Source: Nitrospirales bacterium (lineage in GTDB: Bacteria > Nitrospirota > Nitrospiria > Nitrospirales > NS-4). From it: 64,000 nucleotides of DNA. The translations under genes and the position numbers were made by a program. Below, piece by piece: positions 8,342 to 17,861 of the stretch. The DNA lies in contig DASXSU010000049.1 of the NCBI GenBank assembly GCA_036505795.1, positions 3,980-67,979 of the forward strand, read 5' to 3'. Positions within the stretch are counted from its first letter, which is position 1, and each line of letters starts with the position of its first letter. The notes beneath the pieces are model-generated. The model did no database searches. It was not told the origin of the DNA and saw only the letters and a list, made by a program, of their open reading frames with translations.

Positions 8342-9427
8342 ATGGTATTGACCCCCAATAAGGAAGAGAGTATCAAAGCTCAGGTGGCGACGAAGCCTGC
8401 ACCGGAAGGGCCGCTCTACTCTCTTCTTAAGTCAGTCTCAAGGTCATTTTATCTGACCCTGGCCATTCTTCCCCGCAATGTGCGGCCGCAGATGGCCCTG
8501 GCGTATCTCTATGCCCGTGCGGCCGATAGCATCGCGGATAGCCGTCTAATCCCGCGGGAGCACCGCCTGCACCAGCTCGTTCGCTTTCGGCAATGGATCG
8601 GAGATCCGGATAAGAACGGCTCGGTCTTGCGTGAGATTCAAGAGAGCCTTTCACCCGTCGGTCCGCAGTCAGATGAGCGAGTGCTTCTCGAACGCCTTGA
8701 AGATTGCCGTTATGTTTTCGACACCTTTGACCGTGAGGACCAGGCTCGCATCCGTGAAGTTCTGGAAATTTTGACCGGCGGGATGGAGCGGGACTTGCGA
8801 GTCTTCCCAGGAGAGGACGAACAGAATCTTGCCGCCCTCGCTACTATGGCTGATCTCGACGCCTATACCTATTCCGTCGCCGGCTGCGTGGGAGATTTCT
8901 GGACCCGGATGATGTGCGGGCACCGGCCCGGATTCCGGGATTGGAATCCTGATGCGATGGCGAAGATCGGCGTGCAGTTCGGCAAAGGGCTCCAGCTCAC
9001 CAATGTGCTCCGTGACATCGCCGGCGACCTTCGTCGGGGGCGCTGTTATATACCGGAGATGCTGTTGAAAGAGGCGGGGCTTAAACCGGTGGATCTTCTT
9101 CGCTCCGACGCCCTGCCGCAGTTCAAACCGGTCCTCCTTCAGTTGATTCGTGTCGCGCTTGATCATCTGGATCAGGGATGGTTGTACACAATGGCTATCC
9201 CTCGGCGGGAATGGCGGATCGGCCTTGCCTGTCTCTGGCCGGTGCTGTTCGCTGTCAAAACCCTGGGACGAATCACCGCGTCACGCCATCTGTTGGATGC
9301 CGGCACGATAATCAAAATGACGCGACGCGAAGTCTATGGTGAGATGGTGTTTTCCGGCACGGCCTTCGGGTCGAGACGCCTACTGACGGCGCACTACGGC
9401 CGTTTAAGAAAACAGGTCGCCTGCTAG
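8342..9427 (+). CDS. squalene/phytoene synthase family protein (squalene-synthase-like)
   Basis: SVSRSFYLTLAILP and YLYARAADSIADS (first Asp-rich region), GLQLTNVLRDIAGD (second Asp-rich region). Confidence 0.8.
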   Translation: MVLTPNKEESIKAQVATKPAPEGPLYSLLKSVSRSFYLTLAILPRNVRPQMALAYLYARAADSIADSRLIPREHRLHQLVRFRQWIGDPDKNGSVLREIQESLSPVGPQSDERVLLERLEDCRYVFDTFDREDQARIREVLEILTGGMERDLRVFPGEDEQNLAALATMADLDAYTYSVAGCVGDFWTRMMCGHRPGFRDWNPDAMAKIGVQFGKGLQLTNVLRDIAGDLRRGRCYIPEMLLKEAGLKPVDLLRSDALPQFKPVLLQLIRVALDHLDQGWLYTMAIPRREWRIGLACLWPVLFAVKTLGRITASRHLLDAGTIIKMTRREVYGEMVFSGTAFGSRRLLTAHYGRLRKQVAC

Positions 9428-9452
9428 CATAGGCTTAGTGGGCAGGCCCGCG

Positions 9453-9695
9453 CTATTTCTGCTCGGAGTCGTTCTTGGTCGGCTCGAGGACCTTGGAGCC
9501 TTTTCGGAAGACGACATAGATCGCCTGCGACGGGCAGGCATCCAGACACAGGCGGCAGGTTTCCAGACAGCGGGAGGAATCAAACTTGAAGGGCGGCGTT
9601 GAAAGCCACGCTCCTGTCGGGCAGACCGGAATACAAATGCCGTTGTGTGTACAGCGATCGGGGTGGCGGACGAGGTGGTCTCTGGACACCATCAT
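9453..9695 (-). CDS. small 4Fe-4S-type ferredoxin
   Basis: C-x5-C-x3-CP (CTHNGICIPVCP) plus C-x3-C-x2-C-x3-CP (CLETCRLCLDACP). Track ORF 9453..9914 overlaps the upstream gene. The internal ATG at 9695 has GGAG 9 nt upstream. Confidence 0.6.
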   Translation of the reverse strand: MMVSRDHLVRHPDRCTHNGICIPVCPTGAWLSTPPFKFDSSRCLETCRLCLDACPSQAIYVVFRKGSKVLEPTKNDSEQK

Positions 9696-9757
9696 CGGAG
9701 TGACTCCTTCAAACAAAGCTCGCGAAAAAAGCTCGAAGATATCCTTGGCGGGAACCG

Positions 9758-10132
9758 TCACGCCTTCACGCTCGACGCTTCGGGACGGAGGGGACTCAAA
9801 TCCCTCTTCGGGGGTCGATGCCCCGGCATCAGCAGGCGGTCCACGATTCGGCCTGCGATCACGTGCTGTTCCAGGATTTCCGTGATGTCCGCTTCGGTTC
9901 CAGCCCAGTACCATACGCCTTCTGGATAGATGACGATACTCGGGCCGTATTCACAGTGGTCGAGGCACCCCGCCTTGTTCGCGCGAACCAAGCCTTTGAG
10001 GCCGAGCCGATCCACTTCCTTTTTCATAAACTCCTGCAGCTTAACCGATCCGCTATCGGCGCAGCAGCCTCGCGGGTCGCCCTTGGGACGCTGGTTGATA
10101 CACATAAAGATGTGACGGCTAAAGTCGGGCAT
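9758..10132 (-). CDS. thioredoxin-like [2Fe-2S] ferredoxin
   Basis: HIFMCINQR..GCC...AGCLDHCEYGPSIVIYPEGVWY is the typical Cys pattern and motif of this family. Confidence 0.75.
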   Translation of the reverse strand: MPDFSRHIFMCINQRPKGDPRGCCADSGSVKLQEFMKKEVDRLGLKGLVRANKAGCLDHCEYGPSIVIYPEGVWYWAGTEADITEILEQHVIAGRIVDRLLMPGHRPPKRDLSPLRPEASSVKA

Positions 10133-10133
10133 G

Positions 10134-10613
10134 TCACCTTGAAACGGTCGGATAGGTCTCGAGCGAATGACGGAGGGCGGATACCTCGTCGGACTTTAGC
10201 AGTTGTTGCTTGAGGGTCGCTCCGGAGATCAGCGCGGCTATCTCTCTGAGCCGAAGTGTGGCACGTTGCAGTTGCTCGTTTTGGTTAAGAGCCGAAGGAT
10301 CGCCTGTGTGCAACTTACCGAACTCCTGTTGGATATCGCGGAAGTCTCGCTGCAGGTTTTTTTCCACCGAACAGGTATCACAATACCATTTAGGACTCAG
10401 ATCGGCATTCGGCGACAGCCGGTCATAGACCCGGCCAAAGAAGTCCCGCCCGAGCGACAGTTTCATAATGGACACCCCGGAGGCGCCGCACCCATCGCAC
10501 TTGCCGCTGTATGGCGACGTTTCATTAAACAAAGTTCGAAAAGCATACACGAAAGCTCGGGAAGCTGTCCATATTGTGCTTTCGCGGCTGATCGTTGAAA
10601 ATACGGTATGCAA
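10134..10613 (-). CDS. hypothetical protein with CxxC...CxxC zinc-ribbon-like pair
   Basis: CDGC ... CDTC followed by a predicted helical tail. Start is uncertain, because the track start would overlap the divergent gene start at 10608. Confidence 0.4.
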   Translation of the reverse strand: MHTVFSTISRESTIWTASRAFVYAFRTLFNETSPYSGKCDGCGASGVSIMKLSLGRDFFGRVYDRLSPNADLSPKWYCDTCSVEKNLQRDFRDIQQEFGKLHTGDPSALNQNEQLQRATLRLREIAALISGATLKQQLLKSDEVSALRHSLETYPTVSR

Positions 10614-11066
10614 ATGGGAATCATAACGTTCACGGCGATCAGCCTACTGATGTTGTTCACCCCCTCCCAAGGATTGGAATTAGATCCGGTCGCGGAAGCG
10701 AAGCGGATAGAGACGGGCATGGCGCGGCTGTGCGGAGTTTGGGATTGGACCGTGCACTCTCATACCCTGCATCACCGTGAGGCTAAGTCGAAGATTGTCC
10801 TGCCGACGGCGGAATCTGCTGGCGTCGAGGGGCCCTCGCCGGCCGAGATCCGGATTTATGGCGATGCGGTCTATTTGCGCTGGAGCTACCCGGGTGGATA
10901 CCAGGAAGACAGCCTGCTCCTCAACGACAATAAACGGCTTGAGGGGACCTTTCGCACCTCGACCGGCGCGGTTGGCGCAGTGAACGGGAAACGGCTCTCT
11001 TCGTGCCGGCAGACGAAAACAGAGCCAACCAAGCCTGAGGCGGCCCCAACGGAAGCCAAGCCATGA
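10608..11066 (+). CDS. exported hypothetical protein
   Basis: N-terminal hydrophobic signal (IITFTAISLLMLFTPSQG). The stop overlaps the ald start (ATGA). Confidence 0.5.
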   Translation: MQMGIITFTAISLLMLFTPSQGLELDPVAEAKRIETGMARLCGVWDWTVHSHTLHHREAKSKIVLPTAESAGVEGPSPAEIRIYGDAVYLRWSYPGGYQEDSLLLNDNKRLEGTFRTSTGAVGAVNGKRLSSCRQTKTEPTKPEAAPTEAKP

Positions 11067-12162
11067 TCATTGGGGTGCCGAAAGAGATCAAGGACCAGGA
11101 GTTCCGGGTGGGGATGACGCCTGCGGGCGTGCGGGAACTAATTAAGGCCGGGCATCAGATCTTCATAGAGGCTGGAGCCGGCGTGGGGAGCGGATTCGAG
11201 GATGCGCAGTATAAGGAGGCGGGCGCGGAGCTGATCGGTGACAAAGCCCTGCTGTTTAGCCGCGCCGAGATGATCGTCAAGGTCAAGGAGCCTTTGCCTC
11301 CTGAATATCCTCTGTTCCATAGCGGCCAGACTCTCTTCACATATCTTCATCTTGCAGCGGATCGGCGTCTGACAGAAGCGCTGCTTGAGCGTCAGGTGTA
11401 TGCCTTTGCCTACGAGACTGTAGAGCAACCGGATGGACAGTTGCCGATTCTTCGACCCATGAGTGAAGTCGCGGGGCGTCTCTCCGTTCAGATCGGCGCT
11501 CACTACCTTGAGCGCACCTACGGTGGACGGGGGGTGCTCCTTGGCGGAATCCCCGGCGTCCCCAGCGGCAAGGTCGTCATTATAGGCGCGGGTTCCGTAG
11601 GCAGCCAGGCGGTTCAAATGGCGGTAGGGTTGGGGGCTCAGGTCACGGTCTTTAATCTCGATAGGGCCCGGTTGGAGGCGTTGGACACCGTATACCGGGG
11701 GCGTGTCGTCACGTGCGCGGCGAATCCGACGCTGGTTGAGGAAGCGGTGATCGAGGCGGATCTGGTGATCGGCGCAGTCTTGCTCACAGGAAGTCGGGCA
11801 CCGAAAGTCGTCAGTCGGAAGACGGTCGGCCGGATGAAAAAAGGTGCAGTGATTGTTGACGTCTCTGTGGATCAAGGTGGCTGCATCGAGACTATTCGCC
11901 CCACCACACACTCGGATCCGGTGTACGTGTTAGATGGGGTCTTGCATTATGCGGTCCCGAATATGCCCGGTATCGTCCCTCACACGTCGACTTTTGCCTT
12001 GACCAACGCCGCGTTTCCCTTTATTCTCCATTTGGCCGGTGCGGGAGCAGAACAGGCAGTTCGGTCCGACCCGGCTCTTGCCAAGGGCCTCAATCTGGCG
12101 CGCGGCTGGGTAACGTGCAAGGGCGTAGCCGAGGCTTTCGGAATGCCGTATCAACCAGGGAT

Positions 12163-12172
<10 letters not shown>
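11063..12172 (+). CDS. ald: alanine dehydrogenase
   Basis: [23 protein letters not shown]..., [13 protein letters not shown] Rossmann motif, full-length family match by eye. Confidence 0.93.
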
Positions 12173-12241
<69 letters not shown>

Positions 12242-12250
12242 ATATAAATA

Positions 12251-12295
12251 ATCAATAGAGGTTTGAAGCCGGCGAGCGCCGACCGAATAGGGAGG
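12251..12295 (+). repeat. copy 1 of an imperfect ~45-nt direct repeat (ATCA..AGAG.TTTGAAGCCG.CG..CGCCGACC..ATAGG)
   Basis: Aligned by eye with 12766..12809. About three quarters of positions are identical, with a strongly conserved TTTGAAGCCG and CGCCGACC core. Confidence 0.6.
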
Positions 12296-12361
12296 AGGAG
12301 GCAATGCCGACCCGGCAGCGAGTCGGCCGGTCAGAGGGGCAGCGCAGCTGGACCCTGAGAC

Positions 12362-12383
12362 CAAATCCTCTCGCCCCGACCAA
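12362..12383 (+). repeat. exact 22-nt duplicate of the tRNA-Pro(CGG) 3' end (att-like scar)
   Basis: CAAATCCTCTCGCCCCGACCAA occurs at 12219..12240 (tRNA 3' end plus 1 nt) and again at 12362..12383. Confidence 0.85.
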
Positions 12384-12765
12384 TTTTGGCCTGGACCATC
12401 TCTGAATACCTACTGCGTCGACCGATCCTCTCGACCGGCGGGGCTTTTCTCGGTCGGTCTCCTCAACGTACCGCTGCGGGTACGCCTGCGTCGCCCTTCC
12501 TTGCGAGAAGCGCTGCGACCCATTGCAAAATGAAGCAATGGGTAACCCCGCCTTCGGTCTCAATCGCCTCGCTACGGCATTCATAGATGGTCCGGGCCAG
12601 TCTGAAGAGAGAAGAACCGGGGCGAGCCCGACATCTGTGCTTTCGGCTGAATGCCTTCAGCGCAAGGCCTGCTCACGGCCCATGCGGCAGCGCCAACGAC
12701 GATGGCAAATCCTCCCCGCCCGCCGGAGCACGTCCTGAGTCCGTGGGGTCAGCTGCGGGCGCTAT

Positions 12766-12809
12766 ATCAGGAGAGTTTGAAGCCGACGCACGCCGACCCA
12801 TATAGGAAG
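12766..12809 (+). repeat. copy 2 of the imperfect ~45-nt direct repeat
   Basis: See 12251..12295. Lies about 40 nt upstream of the acyP start. Confidence 0.6.
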
Positions 12810-12847
12810 CTTTCGTTTTAGGGCTTCACTCGTTATAATTCTTCCTG

Positions 12848-13144
12848 ATGAATCCGGCTGAATTGGTAGAGGTTGTCGCAGCGCAAGTTGTTGTGTCAGG
12901 TCGCGTGCAGGGGGTGTGTTACCGCGCCTTTACTCAAGAAGCGGCGCTCGAACTCGGCCTCGGCGGCTGGGTGCGAAATCTTCCGGACGGTGGTGTCTAC
13001 GCTGAGATCGAAGGACCTCGCAATAAAGTGGAGAAACTTCTCGAGAGATTGCGGGTCGGGCCCTCACGTGCGGTCGTAACTGATCTGAAAATCACGTGGA
13101 AGGCAGCGACCGGCAATCGTCCGCGCTTTAACATAGTCGAATGA
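12848..13144 (+). CDS. acyP: acylphosphatase
   Basis: VSGRVQGVCYRAFT...GWVRNLPDGGVYAEIEG, about 98 aa. Confidence 0.88.
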   Translation: MNPAELVEVVAAQVVVSGRVQGVCYRAFTQEAALELGLGGWVRNLPDGGVYAEIEGPRNKVEKLLERLRVGPSRAVVTDLKITWKAATGNRPRFNIVE

Positions 13145-13202
13145 GAGCCTTGGCCGTTCGGTTGACAGGTTCCAGGGGCCTTTCCTATACTCTCCCTCCA
13201 CG

Positions 13203-13715
13203 ATGAACTATAAAAAACTCATTCGCGAAGTTCCCGACTATCCGAAACCGGGGATTCTCTTCTACGACATTACGACCTTACTGAAAGACCGGTCGGCTTT
13301 TCGAAGCATCATCGATGACCTGACGACGCTGTATCGGGATAAGAATGTTGCCAAAGTGGTAGGCATTGAATCCCGCGGCTTTATCATCGGCGGCCCGCTC
13401 GCGCACCAACTTGGCGCCGGTTTCGTGCCGGTGCGCCGGCCCGGGAAATTGCCGGCGGATAGCTTTGAAGTCAAATACAATTTAGAATACGGATCGAACT
13501 CGCTTGCAATCCATCGGGATGCCATCACAGTGGGTGAGTCTGTGCTGATTGTGGATGACCTATTGGCGACGGGCGGGACGGCTGCGGCGGCAGTGAATCT
13601 GGTCCGTCAGCTTGGTGGGGAGATCGTCGGCGCGGCTTTTCTGGTTGAGTTGTGCGGATTGAAGGGCCGAGACCAATTAAACGGCTGCCCAATCCAAGCC
13701 CTCGTGCAATATTGA
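13203..13715 (+). CDS. apt: adenine phosphoribosyltransferase
   Basis: PDYPKPGILFYDITTLL, VLIVDDLLATGGTA PRPP-binding motif. Confidence 0.93.
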   Translation: MNYKKLIREVPDYPKPGILFYDITTLLKDRSAFRSIIDDLTTLYRDKNVAKVVGIESRGFIIGGPLAHQLGAGFVPVRRPGKLPADSFEVKYNLEYGSNSLAIHRDAITVGESVLIVDDLLATGGTAAAAVNLVRQLGGEIVGAAFLVELCGLKGRDQLNGCPIQALVQY

Positions 13716-13717
13716 TC

Positions 13718-14206
13718 ATGCCCATATTTCACACTTCCTCGGGTGGGATCGTGTTCCGGCCGATTGTGAGCCCGGCGCCGGGCGCGGGAGAAAGTGCGGG
13801 TGCAAATGGCGGATGCTATGAAGTAGCCCTCATCCGCGTCATGCGGGTGGGAGGAGAGACCGCATGGGCATTGCCCAAAGGCTGGGTAGAAACCGGTGAG
13901 GATCCTGCTCAGACCGCGGTTCGTGAGGTCCGAGAGGAAACAGGTTTACACACGCGAGTTCTAGGAAAGGTGGACGAAATCTTCTACCAGTTTTATTCAC
14001 GAGCCGACCATGATCGGGTTTCGAAGACCGTGCATCTCTTCCTGCTGGAGTGTTTAGGCGGAGATACCGCCGATCATGATACCGAGGTTGAAGAAGCGCG
14101 ATGGTTTTCGCTCCAAGAGGCGGGACAGAGGTTGACCTACAAAAATGAACGAGAGGCGTTGGGAAAGGCCGCTGTTCTGTTGGAAGAAAGAGAGCATACG
14201 ACATGA
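13718..14206 (+). CDS. Nudix hydrolase
   Basis: Nudix box GWVETGEDPAQTAVREVREETGL. The ATG at 13718 avoids overlap with apt (the track ORF starts at 13652). Confidence 0.85.
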   Translation: MPIFHTSSGGIVFRPIVSPAPGAGESAGANGGCYEVALIRVMRVGGETAWALPKGWVETGEDPAQTAVREVREETGLHTRVLGKVDEIFYQFYSRADHDRVSKTVHLFLLECLGGDTADHDTEVEEARWFSLQEAGQRLTYKNEREALGKAAVLLEEREHTT

Positions 14207-14679
14207 CAATGAAGTCCAAATCTCAGCGGGAACTAAAAGGCAAGACGGACTCATCTCCTTCCAAAGCGACGAGGGACAAGGCTTCGACGTTGAATCCGCG
14301 ACGGGACGCGCTGCGGCAGATACTGCTCGACCGCCGTCAGGAAGTCCTCAAGGAGATTGAAGAGCTGATTGGTCATCGGCTTTCAGACGATGCGCAGAAC
14401 CGGGTAGACTCTGTCCCCGACATCGGCGATCAGGCGCTGCTCGATTCTGAACGTGGCCGAGACATTTCCATCCTTGAGATGCGGAACCGGATGCGACAGA
14501 ACATCGACGAAGCCTTAATCCGTCTTGACGAAGGCGCCTACGGGATCTGTTCTGATTGCGGGGTGGAGATCAGCGAGAAGCGGTTGAAGGCAGTGCCATT
14601 TGCGCGACGCTGCGTCGCTTGTCAGTCGAAAGAAGAACTGCTGGAGAAGATCGAGCGGGAAGACGATCAAACCCCCTGA
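14203..14679 (+). CDS. DksA/TraR-family C4 zinc-finger protein
   Basis: CSDCGVEI...RCVACQ zinc finger. The DIGDQA motif resembles the DksA coiled-coil tip DxxDxA. ATGA overlap with the Nudix stop. Confidence 0.8.
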   Translation: MTMKSKSQRELKGKTDSSPSKATRDKASTLNPRRDALRQILLDRRQEVLKEIEELIGHRLSDDAQNRVDSVPDIGDQALLDSERGRDISILEMRNRMRQNIDEALIRLDEGAYGICSDCGVEISEKRLKAVPFARRCVACQSKEELLEKIEREDDQTP

Positions 14680-14683
14680 GCGC

Positions 14684-15763
14684 ATGCGGGCCTCCCTACT
14701 GGCCGTAATCATCGGTTGTGCAGTCTTGGCGCCTGCTCCTGCCGTGGCGCTCGGTCGTGATGAAGAAAATAACGTCGATATTTACCGCCGCTTCAATGGC
14801 GGGGTCGTCAACATCACGAGCCGCGCCGTCGGGTACGATTTCTTCCTCAATCCGATCCCGACCGACTCCTCCGGCTCAGGCTTTATTTTAGATTCTCAGG
14901 GCCATATCCTCACTAATTATCACGTTGTGAAGGGCGCCCAGCGCCTGGAAGTGAGCCTCGCAAACCAGAGCAAATGGCCGGCGAAGGTGGTCGGAGCCGA
15001 TCCGCAGACCGACCTTGCGGTGGTGGTGATCAATGCTCCCCCGGAGTCCCTCACCGTCATGCCGCTCGGAGATTCTTCCGGACTGCAAGTTGGGCAAAAG
15101 GTGCTGGCCATCGGGAATCCTTTTGGCTTAGAGCACAGTCTGTCGGCAGGGATCGTCAGCATGATCCGCAAAGTCGTTAAAGCCGGTGAGACTGAAATCG
15201 AGGATGTAATACAGACCGATGCCGCCATCAATCCAGGAAACTCCGGAGGACCGCTCCTTGACTCAGAAGGCAAAGTGGTCGGCATCAATACCGCCATCTT
15301 CACCATGTCCGGGGGCAATGTCGGGATCGGTTTCGCGATTCCGATCAACACGGCGAAACGCATCGTCGCGCAAATTCTGACCAACGGCTACGTCATCTAT
15401 CCCTATTTCGGAGCTGAAACACAGACGGTCACGCCTCTTATTGCCCGCGCCTTGCAGTTGCCGGTCGAACACGCCGCGCTGGTGATCCGGGTATGGAAAG
15501 GCAGTCCGGCCGCGAAAGCGGGCTTGTTAAGCGGAACCCAACGGGTGATCATTGGCAATACGATCGTGACCGTCGGGGGCGATTTGATCACGGCCGCCGA
15601 TGGGCTCGCGGTGAATTCTGCTGAAGAATTTCGGCGCCTGCTCCGTCGGCACCTCCCGGGTGATATCATCAAGCTCGATGTTATTCGCCAGGGGAAGCGA
15701 GGCACGGTCGAGATCAAGCTTGCTGAGCGACCGCGCGAACGCATCGCTTTGAAGGAACAATGA
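14684..15763 (+). CDS. periplasmic S1C serine protease with PDZ domain (HtrA/DegP family)
   Basis: Signal peptide from the ATG at 14684. Catalytic His (TNYHVV), Asp (DLAVV) and GNSGGPLLD. C-terminal PDZ-like region. Confidence 0.9.
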   Translation: MRASLLAVIIGCAVLAPAPAVALGRDEENNVDIYRRFNGGVVNITSRAVGYDFFLNPIPTDSSGSGFILDSQGHILTNYHVVKGAQRLEVSLANQSKWPAKVVGADPQTDLAVVVINAPPESLTVMPLGDSSGLQVGQKVLAIGNPFGLEHSLSAGIVSMIRKVVKAGETEIEDVIQTDAAINPGNSGGPLLDSEGKVVGINTAIFTMSGGNVGIGFAIPINTAKRIVAQILTNGYVIYPYFGAETQTVTPLIARALQLPVEHAALVIRVWKGSPAAKAGLLSGTQRVIIGNTIVTVGGDLITAADGLAVNSAEEFRRLLRRHLPGDIIKLDVIRQGKRGTVEIKLAERPRERIALKEQ

Positions 15764-16482
15764 CCGAGTCGCGGCGTGACCCAATAAAGCGAGCCGTTGT
15801 GCTCTGCAGCGGCGGGCTGGATTCAACTGTGGCTGCCGCCGAAGCGCGGGAAGCCGGACATGCGCTCTATGTCTTGAGCGTTAACTATGGACAACGCCAT
15901 GTTGTGGAATTGCAACGCGTGCCGGAAATCGCCCGAGCACTGGGCGCCGAGGACTCCGTCGTCATCGATCTGAATCTCAGAAGCATCGGCGGCTCTGCCC
16001 TGACCGCCGATCTGCCGGTTCCCAAGGACCGGCCGGGGAGCGAAATGGTCCATGGCATCCCCATAACGTATGTACCGGCCCGCAACACAATTTTCCTCGC
16101 GCTGGCGCTCGGTTGGGCCGAGGTCGTGCAGGCGGAGAAGATTTACATCGGCGCCAACGTTTTAGACTATAGCGGCTATCCGGATTGCCGTCCGGAATTC
16201 CTCAAGGCGTTCGAAGAGCTAGCAAGGGTCGGAACGAAAACTGGGGTGAATGGGCGCGCGGTCCGTATCGAGGCGCCTTTACTTCACATGACGAAAGCTG
16301 AGATCATTCGCCGGGGCGCTGCTCTGCAGGCACCGCTGCATCTCACGCACAGTTGTTACGACCCTGAGAGCGCCGGCCAGGCCTGTGGCAGGTGCGATAG
16401 TTGCCGGCTTCGGCTGAAGGGTTTTGCTGAGGCGGGACTCAAGGACCCTGCGGTCTACGCGGCGTTTGAGTCACGCAGATAG
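15760..16482 (+). CDS. queC: 7-cyano-7-deazaguanine synthase
   Basis: VVLCSGGLDSTV PP-loop. C-terminal CGRCDSCRLR zinc cluster. Confidence 0.93.
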   Translation: MTESRRDPIKRAVVLCSGGLDSTVAAAEAREAGHALYVLSVNYGQRHVVELQRVPEIARALGAEDSVVIDLNLRSIGGSALTADLPVPKDRPGSEMVHGIPITYVPARNTIFLALALGWAEVVQAEKIYIGANVLDYSGYPDCRPEFLKAFEELARVGTKTGVNGRAVRIEAPLLHMTKAEIIRRGAALQAPLHLTHSCYDPESAGQACGRCDSCRLRLKGFAEAGLKDPAVYAAFESRR

Positions 16483-16488
16483 AGGAAT

Positions 16489-16629
16489 ATGTACAGCATC
16501 TCTCCTGAAGAATTCTTCATGTATCTGATCATTGCCTTGGTCATTCTTATTCCGATCTCGGTACGGATATACCGTCACATCGGGCTGTACCGGCTCAAAG
16601 TTCAGTTGAAGAAGAAAGACGCTCAGTGA
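16489..16629 (+). CDS. possible 46-aa single-TM mini-protein (below the track cutoff)
   Basis: My translation: MYSISPEEFFMYLIIALVILIPISVRIYRHIGLYRLKVQLKKKDAQ*. AGAGGAA lies upstream. The stop overlaps the next GTG start (GTGA). Confidence 0.3.
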   Translation: MYSISPEEFFMYLIIALVILIPISVRIYRHIGLYRLKVQLKKKDAQ

Positions 16630-17141
16630 TCTCTGCACGGCGTTTTGTCTTGGCCGGTATTCTCGTGTTGTTCCTGGCGCCCAGCCCCAGTGCTGCAGAG
16701 CCAGAGGAATCCAATGCCGGATTGACCGCGCTTTTTGTTCGGTACTACAGCGCGGTGGCTCAGGGACGTTGGAGCGATGCGTTTCAGCTCCTGCATGATC
16801 GGCTCAAGACCGCGACTGAAGTCCGCAGCCCCGAAGACTTGGCGCAGAGACACTCCCGAGATCAACACGTGCTGATGCAGGCATTCGAGACTTTCAATCG
16901 GATTGAGGTGGCTAAGACCGAAATGGATCTGACCTCGATCAAGGGCAACGTAAAAGCCGCAGGAGACGGCAATGTGGCGGGAGAAGTCACCTACGACCTT
17001 CTTGTCTTTCCCAAAGGCCCGGGACGTCCGCTCATGTACCGGATCGTGACGGATGTAGGGCTGGCTGAAGGCCGAATCATCCGAATCACCCAACATTCGA
17101 TGGACCGGATTGACCCCGGCGGAGTGGGTGACGCGGTATAG
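16626..17141 (+). CDS. exported hypothetical protein
   Basis: Signal peptide FVLAGILVLFLAPSPSAA|E. No motif recognised. Confidence 0.5.
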   Translation: MISARRFVLAGILVLFLAPSPSAAEPEESNAGLTALFVRYYSAVAQGRWSDAFQLLHDRLKTATEVRSPEDLAQRHSRDQHVLMQAFETFNRIEVAKTEMDLTSIKGNVKAAGDGNVAGEVTYDLLVFPKGPGRPLMYRIVTDVGLAEGRIIRITQHSMDRIDPGGVGDAV

Positions 17142-17235
17142 TACGTGCCGGGCACTTCCTCTGATGGCGATCCGCTGCGCTCAGCTTTGACGGGCGTTTC
17201 TTGACGGTTCGCGGGGGTTCTGATTACATAGCGCC

Positions 17236-17847
17236 ATGGCGTACACCCGAGATCGTCGGTGGCAGATAAAAGCGCGTCGGGACATGCAGAAACGCATTGA
17301 CGAAATGCACGCGCGTACGCTGGAGAATCTTGACTATGCCTTTGATAAGCTCATCCAAGAACAACCTGATCTGTATTTCAAGATGGAGGAAGGACTGCAG
17401 GAAGTTTGTCAGACGGTCATGCTGGTCGGCGAAGAGTTGGAATCGGCCAGCGGCCTTGCCGAATTGGAGCGGCTCGATCGCAGGATAGAATTTATCGAGG
17501 AACGTTTTGAGGATCTTGAGAGCGAACTCTTCGCCCGTCCCCGCCGCAGGAGCAAACGCAGACCCAGCCTCTTTGATTTCTTCAGAGCGGCAAGCGGCGG
17601 CGCCGGCGGACCGGGGTCAGGCGACGCTTCGGGCACCGTCGGGACGGCCGCGGAAGCTTACGAGATTCTTGGGCTGGAAGCGGGGTGTTCGCTCACGGCG
17701 GTCAACCGGGCCTTTCGGCAAAAGGCCAAGGAACTGCACCCGGATTCCCGGGACGGCGACCGCAGCGGAGAGCCCAGGCTCCGGAAGCTGATCGCCGCAT
17801 ACCAGTATCTCAAGTCCATCTATAACTCAGGCGACGACAAGGCCTAA
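17236..17847 (+). CDS. J-domain protein (C-terminal DnaJ domain)
   Basis: AYEILGLEAGCSLTAVNRAFRQKAKELHPD...LIAAYQYL with the HPD tripeptide. Helical, charged N-terminal half. Confidence 0.7.
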   Translation: MAYTRDRRWQIKARRDMQKRIDEMHARTLENLDYAFDKLIQEQPDLYFKMEEGLQEVCQTVMLVGEELESASGLAELERLDRRIEFIEERFEDLESELFARPRRRSKRRPSLFDFFRAASGGAGGPGSGDASGTVGTAAEAYEILGLEAGCSLTAVNRAFRQKAKELHPDSRDGDRSGEPRLRKLIAAYQYLKSIYNSGDDKA

Positions 17848-17861
17848 CCGGTGCCTGACCG

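Noticed and set aside
9696-9914. N-terminal extensions of track ORFs that overlap upstream genes: 9453..9914, 13652..14206, 14600..15763, 20585..21688, 40173.., 41194.., 46344.. and 59460...
   Set aside because: Internal starts with an RBS, or starts lying just after the upstream stop, give proteins that begin at the expected family N-terminus. The extensions have no family similarity.
12384-12766. A known housekeeping RNA (RNase P RNA, SRP RNA, tmRNA or 6S) in the long spacer after tRNA-Pro.
   Set aside because: Only an 8-nt coincidence (GTCCGGGC) with the RNase P core. None of the other universally conserved blocks of these RNAs could be found on either strand.
12251-12809. CRISPR-like reading of the GTTTGAAGCC...-type repeats. 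On the reverse strand they end ...CTTCAAAC, reminiscent of some type I repeats.
   Set aside because: There are only two copies, about 75% identical and 515 nt apart. There is no regular repeat-spacer periodicity and no cas gene in the window.
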